A stretch of DNA of 64,000 nt from the human T2T-CHM13v2.0 reference genome, Homo sapiens, in assembly GCF_009914755.1 (NCBI RefSeq), contig NC_060929.1; one strand, given 5' to 3'. Below the pieces are notes generated by a model. That model saw only the letters and a program-made list of their open reading frames with translations, was not told where the DNA came from and did no database searches. Both the position numbers and the translations under genes were made by a program. This document shows positions 1 through 12,384 of the stretch, one piece after another. Position 1 is the first letter of the stretch. Each line of letters starts with the position of its first letter.

Positions 1-14
1 ATTTTTTGGTATTT

Positions 15-32
15 TATATATATATATATATA
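15..32. repeat. (TA)9 microsatellite
   Basis: Direct reading of the sequence. Confidence 0.9.
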
Positions 33-519
33 AAATTCTTGTCATTGGACTAGAAATCAGTAGTCATAAAATTATGCTAATAAGATCACTGAAATATTTA
101 CTGTATGGGATATACATTTGAAACATATGTAAGAATCTGAGTTCATAAATACTTCTAGTCCAGTTAAATCTTTGGGCAATGCTACATTAATAGTACTGGT
201 TTAAAAATATCTATACATCCTTTCCCTAATTTTGTCAACTCTGGAATAAAATGCAAGAATGGTATGTTAATTTTTGTAATGCTTAATTTTATTTTTCTTA
301 TAGAAAATCTCATTATTTTGAGCTTTCTAAATTTCCTATATTGTTTTTGAGGGGTCATATAGTCATCATTGTTTCCACAAATTATTTAAAATTATGACAA
401 TACAGTCAGATTTGGGATTCAATACTAATATTGTTTGGAAGTGTTGCCTTCTGTGACCATCAGTTAAAGTTGAATATCATGTGGAATCTTTTCCTCCACC
501 TACGCTATTTGAGTGTTGT

Positions 520-700
520 AGACTCTTGCCATTTCAGTCCATAAGTCACCTCAACTGCTAATTGTCAGGCCCTCTGTTTCTTTGCCTGAAGGTTTTCTCT
601 TGTCACTGGAGCCTGTTTTGCCACACATGTAGCTGGCTGGAAGAGTCAGGGAATTGATGCTCTCTGGGAAAAGCCTTCATTCAATGTCTGACAGGAATTG
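520..700 (+). mobile_element. ERVL LTR fragment (LTR16-like)
   Basis: ggaattgatgctctctgggaaaagccttcattcaatgtctgacaggaattg resembles the recalled LTR16-family block cagccctcaaccaatgactgacaggagttg. It is cut off at the L1 and does not resume after it. Confidence 0.45.
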
Positions 701-2030
701 ACAAAAAAACATTCCTGGGCCCAACAGGAACAGCTCCGGTCTGCAGCTCCCAGCAAGACTAATGCAGAAGGTGGGTGATTTCTGCATTTTCAACTGAGGT
801 ACCTGGATCAACTCACTGGGACTGGTTAGACAGTGAGTGCAGCCCATGGAGGGCAAGCAGAAGCAGGGTTGGATGTCACCTCACCTGGGAAGCACAAGGG
901 GTCAGGGAACTCCATCCCCTAGCCAAGGGAAGCCTTGAGGGACCCTGACTTGATGTCCGGCCCAGGTACTACACTTTTCCCATAGTCTTCACAACCCATA
1001 GACCAGGAGATTCCCTCAGATGCCTACACAACAAAGGCTCTGGGTTTCAAGCACAAAACTGGGCAGCCATTTTGGCAGACACTGAGCTAGCTGCAGGAGT
1101 TTTTTTTCATACCTCAGTGGCACCTGGAATGCCAGTGAGATAGAACCATTCACTCCCCTGGAAAGGGGGCTGAAGACAGGGAGCCAAGTGGTCTTGCTCA
1201 GCAGATCCCACCCCCAAGGAGCCCTGCAAGCTAAGATGCACTGGATTGAAATTCTTGCTGACAGCACAGCAGTCTGAAGTCAACCTGGGATGCTCCAGCT
1301 TGGTGGGGGAGGGGCATCCAACATTACTAAGACTTGTGTAGGCGATTTTCCCCTCACAGTGTAAACAAAGCCACCTGGAAGTTCAGGCTGGGTGGAGCCC
1401 CACCTCAGTGCCACAAAGCTGCTGTAGCCAGACTGACTCTCTAGATTCCTCCACTCTGGGCAGGGCACCTCTGAAAGAAGGGCAGCAGCCCTAGTCAGGG
1501 GCTTATAGATAAAACTCCTATCTCCCTGGGACAGAGCACCTGGGTGAAGGGGTGGCTGTTGGTGCAGCTTCAGCAGACGTAAATGTTCCTGCCTGCCTGC
1601 TCTGAAGAGAGCAGCAAACTCCCAGCACAGCTCTCAAGTTCTGCTAAGGGAGAGACTGCCTCCTCAAGTGGGTCACTGACCCCTGCTTCCTGATGGGGAG
1701 GCACCTCCCAGGAGGGGTCAACAGACACATCATACAGGAGAGCTTCAGCTGTCATCTCATGGGTGCCCCTCTGGGATAAAGCTTCCAGAAGAAGAAGCAG
1801 GAAGCAGTCTTTGCTGTTCTGCAGCCTCTGCTGGTGATACCCAGGCAAGCAGGGTCTGGAGTGGACCTCCAGCAAACTCCAGCAGTCCTGCAGAAGAGGG
1901 GCCTGACTGTTGGAAGGAAAACTAACAAATAGAAAGCAATAGCATCAACATCAACAAAAAGGACGACCATGCAAAAACTCCATCCAAAGGTCACCAACAG
2001 CAAAGAGCAAAGGTAGATAAATCCACAGAG

Positions 2031-3051
2031 ATGAAGAAAAACCAGGGCAAAGAGGCTGAAAATTCCAAAATCCAGAATGCTTTTTCTCCAAATGATCACA
2101 ACTCCTTGCCAACAAGGGAACAAAACTGGATGGAGAATGAATTTGACGAATTGACAGAAGTAGGCTTCAGAAGGTGGGTAATAACAAATTCCTCTGAGCT
2201 AAAGGAACATATTCTAACTCAATGGAAGAAAGCTAAGAACCTTGATAAAAGTTTAGAGGAAGTGCTAACTTCCTCTAAGTTTAGAGAGGAACATGAATGA
2301 CCTGATGGAGCTGAAAAATACAGCACAAGAACTTCATGAAACATATACAAGTATCAATAGCTGAATCAATCAAGGGGAAGAAAGGATATCAGAGATTGAA
2401 GATCAACTTAATGAAATAAAGCATGAAGACAAGATTAGAGAAAAAAGAATAGAAAGGAATGAACAAAGCCTTCAAGAAATATGGGACTATGTGAAAAGAG
2501 GAAACCTATGTTTGATTACTGTACCTGAAAGTGACCGGGAGAATGGACCCAAGTTGGAAAACATGCTTCACGATATTATCCAGGAGAACTTCCCAGACCT
2601 AGCAAGATAGGCCAACATTCAAATTCAGGAAATACAGAGAACACCAGAAACATACTCCTCGAGAAGAGCAACCCCAAGACACATAATCATCAAATTCACC
2701 AAGGTTGAAATGAAGGAAAAAATGTAAAGGACAGCCAGAGAAAAAGGTCAGGATATCCACAAAGGGAAGCCCATCAGACTAATAGTGGATCTCTCTGTAG
2801 AAGCCCTGCAAGCCAGAAGAGAGTGAGGGCCAATATTCAACATTCTTAAAGAAAAAAATTTTCAACCCAGAATTTTATATCCAGCCAAACTAAGCTTCAT
2901 AAGTGAAGGAGAAATAAAATCCTTTACAGAAAAGCAAATGCTGAGAGATTTTGTCACCACCAGGCCTGCCTTACAAGAGTTCCTGAAGGAAGCAGTAAAT
3001 ATGGAAGGGAAAAACTGGTACCAGCCACTGCAAAAACAAACCAAAATGTAA
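2031..3051 (+). pseudogene. L1 ORF1p, disrupted
   Basis: Starts MKKNQGKEAENSK...ENEFDELTEVGFRRWVITN and ends ccaaaatgTAA at 3049-3051. Frameshift near 2270 and internal stops. Confidence 0.9.
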
Positions 3052-3114
3052 AGACCATCAACAGTATGAAGAAACTGGATCAACTAATGGGCAAAATAAC
3101 CAGCTAGCATCATA

Positions 3115-6100
3115 ATGACAAGATAAACTTCACACATAACAATATTAACCTTAAATGTAAATGGGCTAAATACCCCAATTAAAAGACACACTGACAAATT
3201 GGATAAAGAGTCAAGACCCATCAGTGTGCTGTATTCAGGAGACCCAGCTCACATGCAAAGATGCACATAGGCTCAAAATAAAGGGATGGAGGAAGATCTA
3301 TCAAGCAAACGGAAAGCAAAAAAAAGCAGGGGTTGCAATTCTAGTCTCTGATAAAATAGACTTTAAACCAACAAAGATCAAAAAAGACAAAGAAGGATGT
3401 TACATAATGGTAAAGGGATGAATGTCACAAGAAGAGGTAACTACTGTAAACATATATGCACCCAATACAGGAGCACCCAGATTCATAAAGCAAGTTCTTA
3501 GAGACCTACATAGAGACTTAGACTCCCACACAATAACAGTGGGAGACTTTAAAACCTCACTGTCAATATTAGACAGATTGAGACAGAAAATTAGCAAGGA
3601 TATTCAGGACTTGAACTCAGCTCTAGACCAAGTGGACCTAATAGACATCTAAAGAACTGTCCACTGCAAATCAACAGAATACACATTCTTCTCAGCACCA
3701 CATAGCACTTATTCTAAAACTGACCACATAATTGCAAGTAATACACTCCTCAGCAAATGCAAGAGAACAGAAATCATAACAAACTATCTCTCAGACCACA
3801 GTGCAATCAAATTAGAACTCAGGATTAAGAAATTCACTCACAATCACACAACTACATGGAAACTGAACAACTTGCTCCTGAATGACTACTGGGTAAATAA
3901 CAAAATTAAGACATAAATAAATAAGTTAGTTGAAACCAGGGAGAACAAAGACGCAATGTACCAGAATCTCTGGGACATAGCTAAAGGAGAGTTTAAAGGG
4001 AAATTTATAGCACTAAATGCCCACAGGAGAAAGCAGCAAAGATCGAAAATCAACACTGTAACATCACAATTAAAAGAACTAGCGAAGCAAGAGCAAACAA
4101 ATTCAAAAGCTAGCAGAAGACAAGAAATAACTAAGATCAGAGCAGAACTGAAAGAGATAGAAACACAAAAAAACCTTCAAAAAAATCAGTGAATCCAGGA
4201 TCTGGTTTTTTTTTTAAAAAGATTAACAAAATAGATAAACTGCTAGCCAGACTAATAAAGAAGAAAATAGAGAAGAATCATATAGACACTACAAAAAATG
4301 ATAAAGGGGAGATCACCACTGATCTCACAGAAATACAAACTACCATCAGAAAATACACGTCTATGCAAATAAACTAGAAAATCTAGAAGAAATGGATAAA
4401 TTCCTGGACACATACATCCTCCCAAGACTAAACCAGGAAGAACTCAAACCCCTGAGTAGACCAATAACAAGTTCTGAAGTTGGGGCAGTAATGAATAGCC
4501 TACCAACCAAAAAAAGCCCAGGACCAGAAGAATTCACAGCCAAATTCTACCAGAGGTAAAAAGAGGAGCTGGGGCCATTCCTTCTGAAACTATTCCGAAT
4601 AGTAGAAAAAGAGGGACTCCCCCTAACTCATTTTATGAGGCCAGCATCATCCTGATACCAAAACATGGCAGAGACACAACAAAAAAAGAAAATTTCTGGA
4701 CAATATCCGTGATGAACATTGAGGTGAAAATCTTCAATAAAATACTGACAAACTGAATCCAGCAGCACATTAAAAAGCTTATCCACCACAACCAAGTTGG
4801 CTTCATCCCTGGGATGCAAGGCTGGTTTAACATACCCAAATCAGTAAATGTAATCCATCACATAAACAGAACCAATGACAAAAACCACATGATTATCTCA
4901 ATAGATACAGAAAAGGCCTTCAATAAAATTCAACACCCATTCATGCTAAAAACACTCAATAAACTAGGTATTGGTGGAACATATTTCAAAATAATAAGAG
5001 CTATTTATTACAAACCCACAGCCAATATCATACTGAATGGGCAAAAGCTGGAAGCATTCCCTTTGAAAACTGGCACAAGACAAGGATGCCGTCTCTCACC
5101 ACTCCTATTCAACATAGTATTGGAAGTTCTGACCAGGTCTATCAGGCAAGAGAAAGAAATAAAGTGTATTCAAATAGGAAAAGAGGAAGTAAAATTATTT
5201 CTGTTTGCAGATGACATGATTGTATATTTAGAAAACTCCGTCATCTCACCCCAAAATCTCCTTAAGCTGATAAGCAACTTCAGCAAAGTCTCAGGATACA
5301 AAATCAATGTGCAAAAATCACTAGCATTCCTAGACACCAATAACAGACAAACAGAGAGCCAAAACATGAGTGAACTCCCATTCACAATTGCTACAAAGAG
5401 AATAAAATACCTATGAATAAAATTTACAAGAGATGTGAAGGACCTCTTCAAGGAAAACTACAAACCACTGCTCAAGGAAATAAGAGAGGACACAAACAAA
5501 TGGAAAAACGTTCTTGCTCATGGATAGGAAGAATCAATATCATGAAAATGGCCATACTGGCCAAAGTGATTTATAGATTCAATGCCATCCCCACCAAGCT
5601 ACCATTGACTTTCTTCACAGAATTAGAAAAAACTACTTTAAATTTCATGTGAAACCAAAAAAGAGCCCCTATAGCCAAGCCAATCCTAAGCAAATAGAAC
5701 AAAGCTGGAGGCATCATGCTACCCAACTTCAAACTACACTACAAGGCTACCATAACCAAAACAGCATGGTACTGGTACTAAAACAGATATATAGACCAAT
5801 GGAACAGAACAGAGGCCTCAGAAATAACACCACACATCTACACGCAACTGATCTTTGACAAACCTGAGAAAAACACGCAATGGGGAAAGAATTCCCTATT
5901 TAATAAATGGTGTTGGGAAAACTGGCTAGTCATATGTGGAAAACTGAAACTGGACCCTTTCCTTACACCTTACAAAAATTAACTCAAGATGGATTAAAGA
6001 TTTAAATGTAAGACCTAAAACCATAAAAACCCTAGAAGAAAACCTAGGTAATACCATTCAGGACAAAGGCATGGGCAAATACTTCATGTCCAAAATACCA

Positions 6101-6931
6101 AAAGCAATTGTAACGAAAGCCAAAATTGACAAATGGAATCTAATTAAACCAAAGCACTTCTGCACAGCAAAACAAACTATCATCAGAGTGTACAGGCAAC
6201 CTACAGAATGGGATAAAAGTTTTGCAATCTATTCATCTGACAAAGAGCTAATATCCAGAAATCTACAAGGAACTTAAACAAATTTACAGGAAAAAAACAA
6301 TGCCATCAAAAAGTGGGTAAAGAACGTGAACAGACATTTTTCAAAAGAAGACATTTATGCACCAACAAACATGTGAAAAAAAGCTCATCATCATTGGTCA
6401 TTAGAGAAATGCAAATCAAAACCACAATGAGATACCATCTCACGCCAGTTAGAATGGTGATCATTAGAAAGTCAGGAAACAACAGATGCTGGAGAGGATG
6501 TGGACAAATAGGGATGCTTTTACACTGTTGATGGGAGTGTAAATTAGTTTAACCATTGTGCGAGACAGTGTGGCAATTCCTCAGGGATCTAGAACTAGAA
6601 ATACCATTTGAAATACCCAGCCATCCCATTATGGGGTATATACCCAAAGGATTATAAATCATTCTACTATAAAGACACATGCACACGTATGTTTATTGCA
6701 GCACTGTTCACAATAACAAAGACTTGGAACCAACCCAAATGCCTAGCAATGTAAGGCTGGATAAAGAAAATGTGGCCCGTATATGCCATGGAATATTGTG
6801 CAGTCATAAAAAAGAATGAGTTCATATCCTTTGCAGGGACATGGATGAAGCTGGAAACCAGCTTTCTCAGCAAACTAATGCAAGAATAGAAAACCAAACA
6901 CCACATGTTCTCACTCATAAGTGGGAGTTGA
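3115..6931 (+). pseudogene. L1 ORF2p (endonuclease/reverse transcriptase), disrupted
   Basis: ATG at 3115; EN fragments (KAGVAILVSDK, NIYAPNTGAP); RT fragment 4814-5416 with [13 protein letters not shown] and FADD at 5204-5215; Cys domain CWRGCG; stop at 6929-6931. Broken into many short ORFs. Confidence 0.93.
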
Positions 6932-7582
6932 ACATTGAAAACATATAGGCACAGGGAGGGGAACATCACACACTGGGGCCAGGCAGGGGTTGGGGGGCCA
7001 GGGGAGGGATAGCATTAGGATAAATACCTAATGTAGATGATGAGTTGATGGGTGCAGGAAACCACCATGGCACATGTATACCTGTGTAACAAACCTGCAA
7101 GTTCTGCACATGTATCCCAGAAGTTAAAGTATAATAATAATTTAAGTTGGTTTTAAGTTGGTTTAAAAGTAATTTTTATTTGGATACTTTCTACAGGAGA
7201 TGAAAATTCATAAAGAGAGAAAACTGAAGTATTCAATCAGTCACAAAGCAAAGATTTGCTTACATTTTCTTGTCTATACCAAAACATAGTAAATTATAAA
7301 TGAGAGTGTGGATTCAGTGTGATACATGAGTTGCTTATAATATGATTAAAATTTGTATATTTTAAAGCTGATATTTTATGTTCACATATTTTAAGAAGCT
7401 GAAGGTAAAAGCATATTCTCATTTTTAATCAAAGTAATCTTATAAACAATGAAGAGAAAAAAATTAGCTCAGCATAAAATTGTTCTTTAACAGAAACAGT
7501 GTATACCAGTGCATTCTGCCTAGAGAACAGATGTTCATATCTCATTACAACATTCTCATTTCCTGAGAACTTTTTAACTTAC

Positions 7583-7643
7583 TGTGTTTTTGATATGAAT
7601 TTTTTCATGTTATTGAATCATCTTTAATAAAACTTCCTGGCTT
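7583..7643 (-). other. Candidate 61-nt exon, non-coding (stops in all three frames)
   Basis: Minus strand acceptor aattttatcttttgcag| and donor ACA|gtaagtt. Splice signals only. Confidence 0.3.
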
Positions 7644-7955
7644 CTGCAAAAGATAAAATTTGTAATAATTGTTTATTTTCTTCATTTGAAAACTATTGTC
7701 TGACAGATTAATTATGTAAACAAGACTGCAATCATTTCTGGTCCTGAGGCATCTACAACTTATATGTTGCTGTAATAACAAATCTCCTCTGATAACTTTT
7801 TGATATTGCCTTTTAAAAATCAGGCCTTGAACTGAAAAGAAAGCTGGGTAGCGCCAAAGGCTCAGTTAGTAACATGTACCTGTGAGACATGGCACTCATG
7901 AACAAGTAGGAATGGCAAAAAAAAAAAAAGTAGATATGGAAAATATTTATATTAT

Positions 7956-9887
7956 TGTTGAGGGCTGAATTGTGTCCTCCTCATATTTTTATTTTAAAGT
8001 CCTAACCACAGATGTCGTATTTGGAGATGGGGTTGTTGGGAGGTAATTGGGTTAGATGAGATCAGGAGTCTGGGGCCCTCATGATTGGTTAATGACCATG
8101 TGAAGACACAGGGAGAAGGTCTGCAACACAGAAAGAGGGCCCTTACTGGAACTGAATTGGCCAGCACCTTGATCTTTGACTTTCCATTTTCTAGAACCAG
8201 GAGATATAGGCGTTGCTTCCATCATCCAGTCTGTGGTATTTCGTTATAGCAGCTCAAGCTGACTAATCCAGATTTTGGTACTGAGATGTGCAGTGCTGCT
8301 TCAGCAAATACCCAATCACGGGGAAGTGGCTTTAGAACTGGGCCGTTGGTAGAGATTGGAAGAGTTTTGACGTGCATGGCAGAAATATGCATGTTAAAAC
8401 TGATTCTGGTGAGTTCTCAGAAGAAAACGAGGAACAGGTTATTGAAAACTAGATAAAAGGTGACATTGTTATAAAGTGGCAAATAACTTGGCTGAACGGT
8501 GTTCTACAGTTTTATAAAAGCTAAGACTTGTGAGTGATGAAGTCAGATATTTAGCTAAGACTATTTCTAAACCAATTGTTGACGGAGTGACCTTGTTCCT
8601 TTTGAGTGCTGATAGTAAAATGGCAAAAGAGAGAGATAAATTGAAGAAGAAACTGTAAAGCAAAAAGGACTCAGAAGTTGAAGACTTGGAAAACTCTCAG
8701 CATGATGCAAAAAATAAGAACGTTTGTTCTGAAGAGAGCGGTAAGGGTATGGCTGAAGAAGGATTTGATAAAGAGATCATTAGTGTGACCCATGGATTAA
8801 ATCAGCCATTTCAACAAAAGCCAAGAATAGAGATGGGGTCATACCAGCAAAGACACTACTAGTTTGAATTAAGGGGAAAAACAGAGACTAAATGAAATAA
8901 GAATGACAGACTTCTTCTATTCCATAGCCTACACCATAGAGCTCTTCGGCTGAGAACATGTGCTATTCTTAAAGAAAAGAAGTGTCCTAAAGGTGTAATA
9001 CATTAGGGCTAATGCCATAGTTTCAACAAGCCAAACAGCCTCTAGCAGAAGCCTTGGAGATGAGGCTTCCCAGAGCTTTGGGAAAACAACCCTTGCCCTG
9101 CAGAGCTGTGGAGGTGAGACTGCTGGCTGCCTCAGTGGGTCCAGAGGTAGAGTATCCAAGCAAAGAAGATTGTTTTTGAACCTTAAGATATAGTGGGATT
9201 TATCTTGCTAAGATTTAGACTTGCTTGGGAATTATCAACCTTTTCTTTTTCCCTTTTTATCACTTTCGGAATGGGAACATCTAACTGCCCCTGCCCCACA
9301 ATTATATTTGGAAAGCAGATAACTTGTCTGGTTTCACATGCTCCACACTGGAGAGAAGTTTTGCCTTAGGATGAATCATACCTAGAGTCTTACTCATATA
9401 TGATTTGGATAATATTTAGGGAAAAAAAAAGGACTTTAAAAGAGTTGATGCTGGAATGGGTTAAGACTTTGAGGCTATTGGGATGGAATGAATGTACTTT
9501 GCATATAAGAAAAATATCAATTTTGAGGGGCTGGGACAGAATGCTAGAGACTGAATTGTGTGCCCCCCAAATTCATACACTGAGTCACTAATAACCAATA
9601 GAGCCTCTGGAAGTAATTAGGGTTAGAGGAGATCACGAGAATGAGGCCCTCATAATGGGATTTGTGGCATTATAAGAGACATACAGACAGATAACTCTCT
9701 TTTCTACCATCTGAGAACACAGTCAGAAGGCCATCTGCAAACCAGGAAGAGAGCCTTCACCAGGAGCCAAGTTAACTGGACCTTGACCTTGGAATTCCAA
9801 GCTCCCAATACTATGAGAAATAAATGTGTTGTTTAAACCATCTGGTCTATAAGTATTTTATTATAGCAGGCTGAGCAGGCTGATATA
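7956..9887 (+). mobile_element. Complete MaLR provirus MLT1A (LTR-int-LTR)
   Basis: 5' LTR 7956-8270; internal region starts gattttggtactgagatgtg; purine tract before the 3' LTR 9542-9887; possible 5-bp TSD attat/atttt. Confidence 0.85.
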
Positions 9888-11068
9888 ATTTTCCATATTT
9901 ATCCATAAAGTAGCTCAACAAGGCAATGAAAAGTCTTTTTATCCAGACCATAATTATAATGTGGACATAATTAGACATAATTATGTTTAAGTTATAGTTT
10001 ACAATTCATCATAACTCACTGCAGACTCTAGCAAAGTATTTGTCAGCATAAGTTTTAAGAAAGTTTTGTTTCTAGGAATAAAATACACTTGTCAGTGTTG
10101 AAAATCTTAACATGTGTTGTAAAATAGATTAGAAGGTCTGGGAAATTTGCAAATGCCCTCACTGGTCATAATATTTTCTGAATCTCAAGGTAACCATTGA
10201 TTGATTACATATAATATAGTTGTGTATTACGCCACAAGTAGAGATTTTACTCCATCCTGACCCTGCATAGGTGGTTAGCATTATTCTCTTATTTATCTAA
10301 AGTTCCTGCCACAAGTTACAAAGCAGAGGTTGGATCTCCTAGGAGAAATAATAAATAAAGCTCGTTTCTCATAATCTTGGTAGAAAAGGTTGTAATGAGC
10401 ACTCTTGATTGTTGATGCAGAGTTATGGAGAGTCATGAGCTCAGGTTCTCGGCACCAAGATGACATGGTCTATGAAAACAGATGTCTCTCATATATAACT
10501 GAGTCAGGATTTCCATGTTTATTGATGAAGCAGATGATTTCATGAAGCAAACTGCTGACTCAGGACCAAAACAAGAGTTAGTTATGTGGGCCCAAATGAA
10601 ACTAAAGAGGGGAGATTAACTTCAATGATTTGTCTTGAAATATTGTTCTTTTAAATGTTCTATTTTCTGATAGACCTGGGTAAAAATTGCTTTTATCTTT
10701 TTTGTCTAATGATCAATTTTAAAAGACTTAAGGAGGAAAATTAGAATGACAGAACTTTTCAATGGCATCTTGCTCTAACTGATATATCAAAGTTCATGAA
10801 AAATATCTTGTGAAAAATCAAGTATGTTTTGTCAGTTAATAAATTAACAATACCTAAGGAAGATGGTTCTTTAAAAAATGACACATATTGATAAATATTG
10901 TCTGATAAATGGTCAAATATTAACCCAAGTGATTTTTTGGTCTAATTTTGCATCCTAATTGGATAGGTTAAAAAATATTTTTTCAACCATATCCATGACA
11001 GATATGTCAAATTTAAGGGAAAATACCACTTGATTAGGTAGGACAATCCATAATTAAAGACATAAAGG

Positions 11069-11220
11069 CTATGTTTTGCATATGGATATCATGACTCAAA
11101 ACTCCTTCCATTTATGGAGGGAGGAATTTTGAGTCACAATCTCCATATACAAAACATAGTGGAATTCCATAATTTCCATATACGAAACATTTATGGAATT
11201 CCTCCTTATAGAAAGCATAG
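11069..11220. repeat. Inverted and direct repeat cluster (long hairpin, 12-bp inverted repeat, three direct copies)
   Basis: Arms 11069-11110 and 11115-11159 are complementary at 37 of 42 positions. ggaattccataa 11161-11172 pairs perfectly with ttatggaattcc 11191-11202. Confidence 0.9.
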
Positions 11221-12384
11221 TCTGCTGCTGCTGTGAGGCTTCTGAAATCAGCCTTAGAAGTGGAATACAATGCCATTTCTTGGCAAGTACGTTGGTGAAT
11301 TTGCAGATTCTGATTTTCAGACTTGGAATAGATGACAAGAAAAGGACAATGAACTTATGCTTCCCATGAGAGAGAGAGTAAGTAACTCTAGATGCTTTAA
11401 AAATCCTCCAGGCTTAGTATATTATAGTTCCAGTTTTGTTAAACATAATATGAGGATATTATTATACATTTGCCCACATCATCATCTGTTGCCCTTCTAC
11501 AAATAAAATAGACAAAATAGAACATGTTATCAAATTAATGGTTCTGGTTCAGGAAAGTTGCTATTTAATTTAATACATACTGCAGTAGATGACTACTACA
11601 AGGTATTAGAAGGGCCAATCTGATATCTTGACCTTAGTCTCATAGTCTCATCACAGACTTTGGCTACAGGAACACAAAAAATAGGTCAGAAAAAGCTCAT
11701 AATTCTCAGCGTCTGAGGTAACCAGTGAAACTTCCTGAAGGCCATGAAAATTAGAGCATTCCCAAAACCCTAAATTATGAGATGGGCCTTCTAAGAAGAA
11801 AGCACCTTTTTCATTAACATTGGCTCAAGCTTATCCTAATGGAATTATTGTTGATGATATAATAATTTGAACTATAAATACCACTTTCACTCTTTATTCT
11901 GGGAACCAGTTCTGAAAGCTGATTCCCTTGCATATGCCTTCCTGTAACTAGAAAACTCACTCATTGCTCAAAATTTATCTACAAACTGCTTTTTTGAACA
12001 TATGTAATATGCTATCACATGTCAGAGAGTAGGATATTGGTAAATACCTGAGACAGATCACAGAATTTTCCAATCCAGGAAAAATCTCAAACATGCCAAG
12101 ATCCTATGTATATGGAAGGTTTGTCATTTACAATCTTACTTTATGCTGGTTAGAGGATTAATTTCACTCAGTAGAGGTTAAATGGACACTGATTTTATTC
12201 CAATAATTTGTTATTCAGAGAAGGGTCAGAGGAAGAGACTCCTGTTTTACTAAGTAGGAAATTCAAAGGAAACACCACTTTTCCTCTTCATTCAGGAAGG
12301 TCAATGAATATCTACATATTTGTATCTGACAGCAAATATCATTGACTTACTTTTTAATGGCTAGTGGCTTCATTAAACAGCATA

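Larger units (their letters stand above)
711..7140 (+). mobile_element. Full-length inactive LINE-1, L1PA7-type (about 6.4 kb)
   Basis: 5'UTR aggaacagctccggtctgcagctcccagc...ggtgatttctgcatt; ORF1 at 2031; 63-nt inter-ORF spacer 3052-3114; ORF2 EN/RT/Cys remnants; 3'UTR taatgtagatgatgagttgatgggtgcaggaaaccaccatggcac...tatcccagaagttaaagtataataa is PA7-like. Confidence 0.93.

Noticed and set aside
4814-5416. 200-aa reverse transcriptase ORF as a novel RT system
   Set aside because: An ordinary fragment of the disrupted L1PA7 ORF2.
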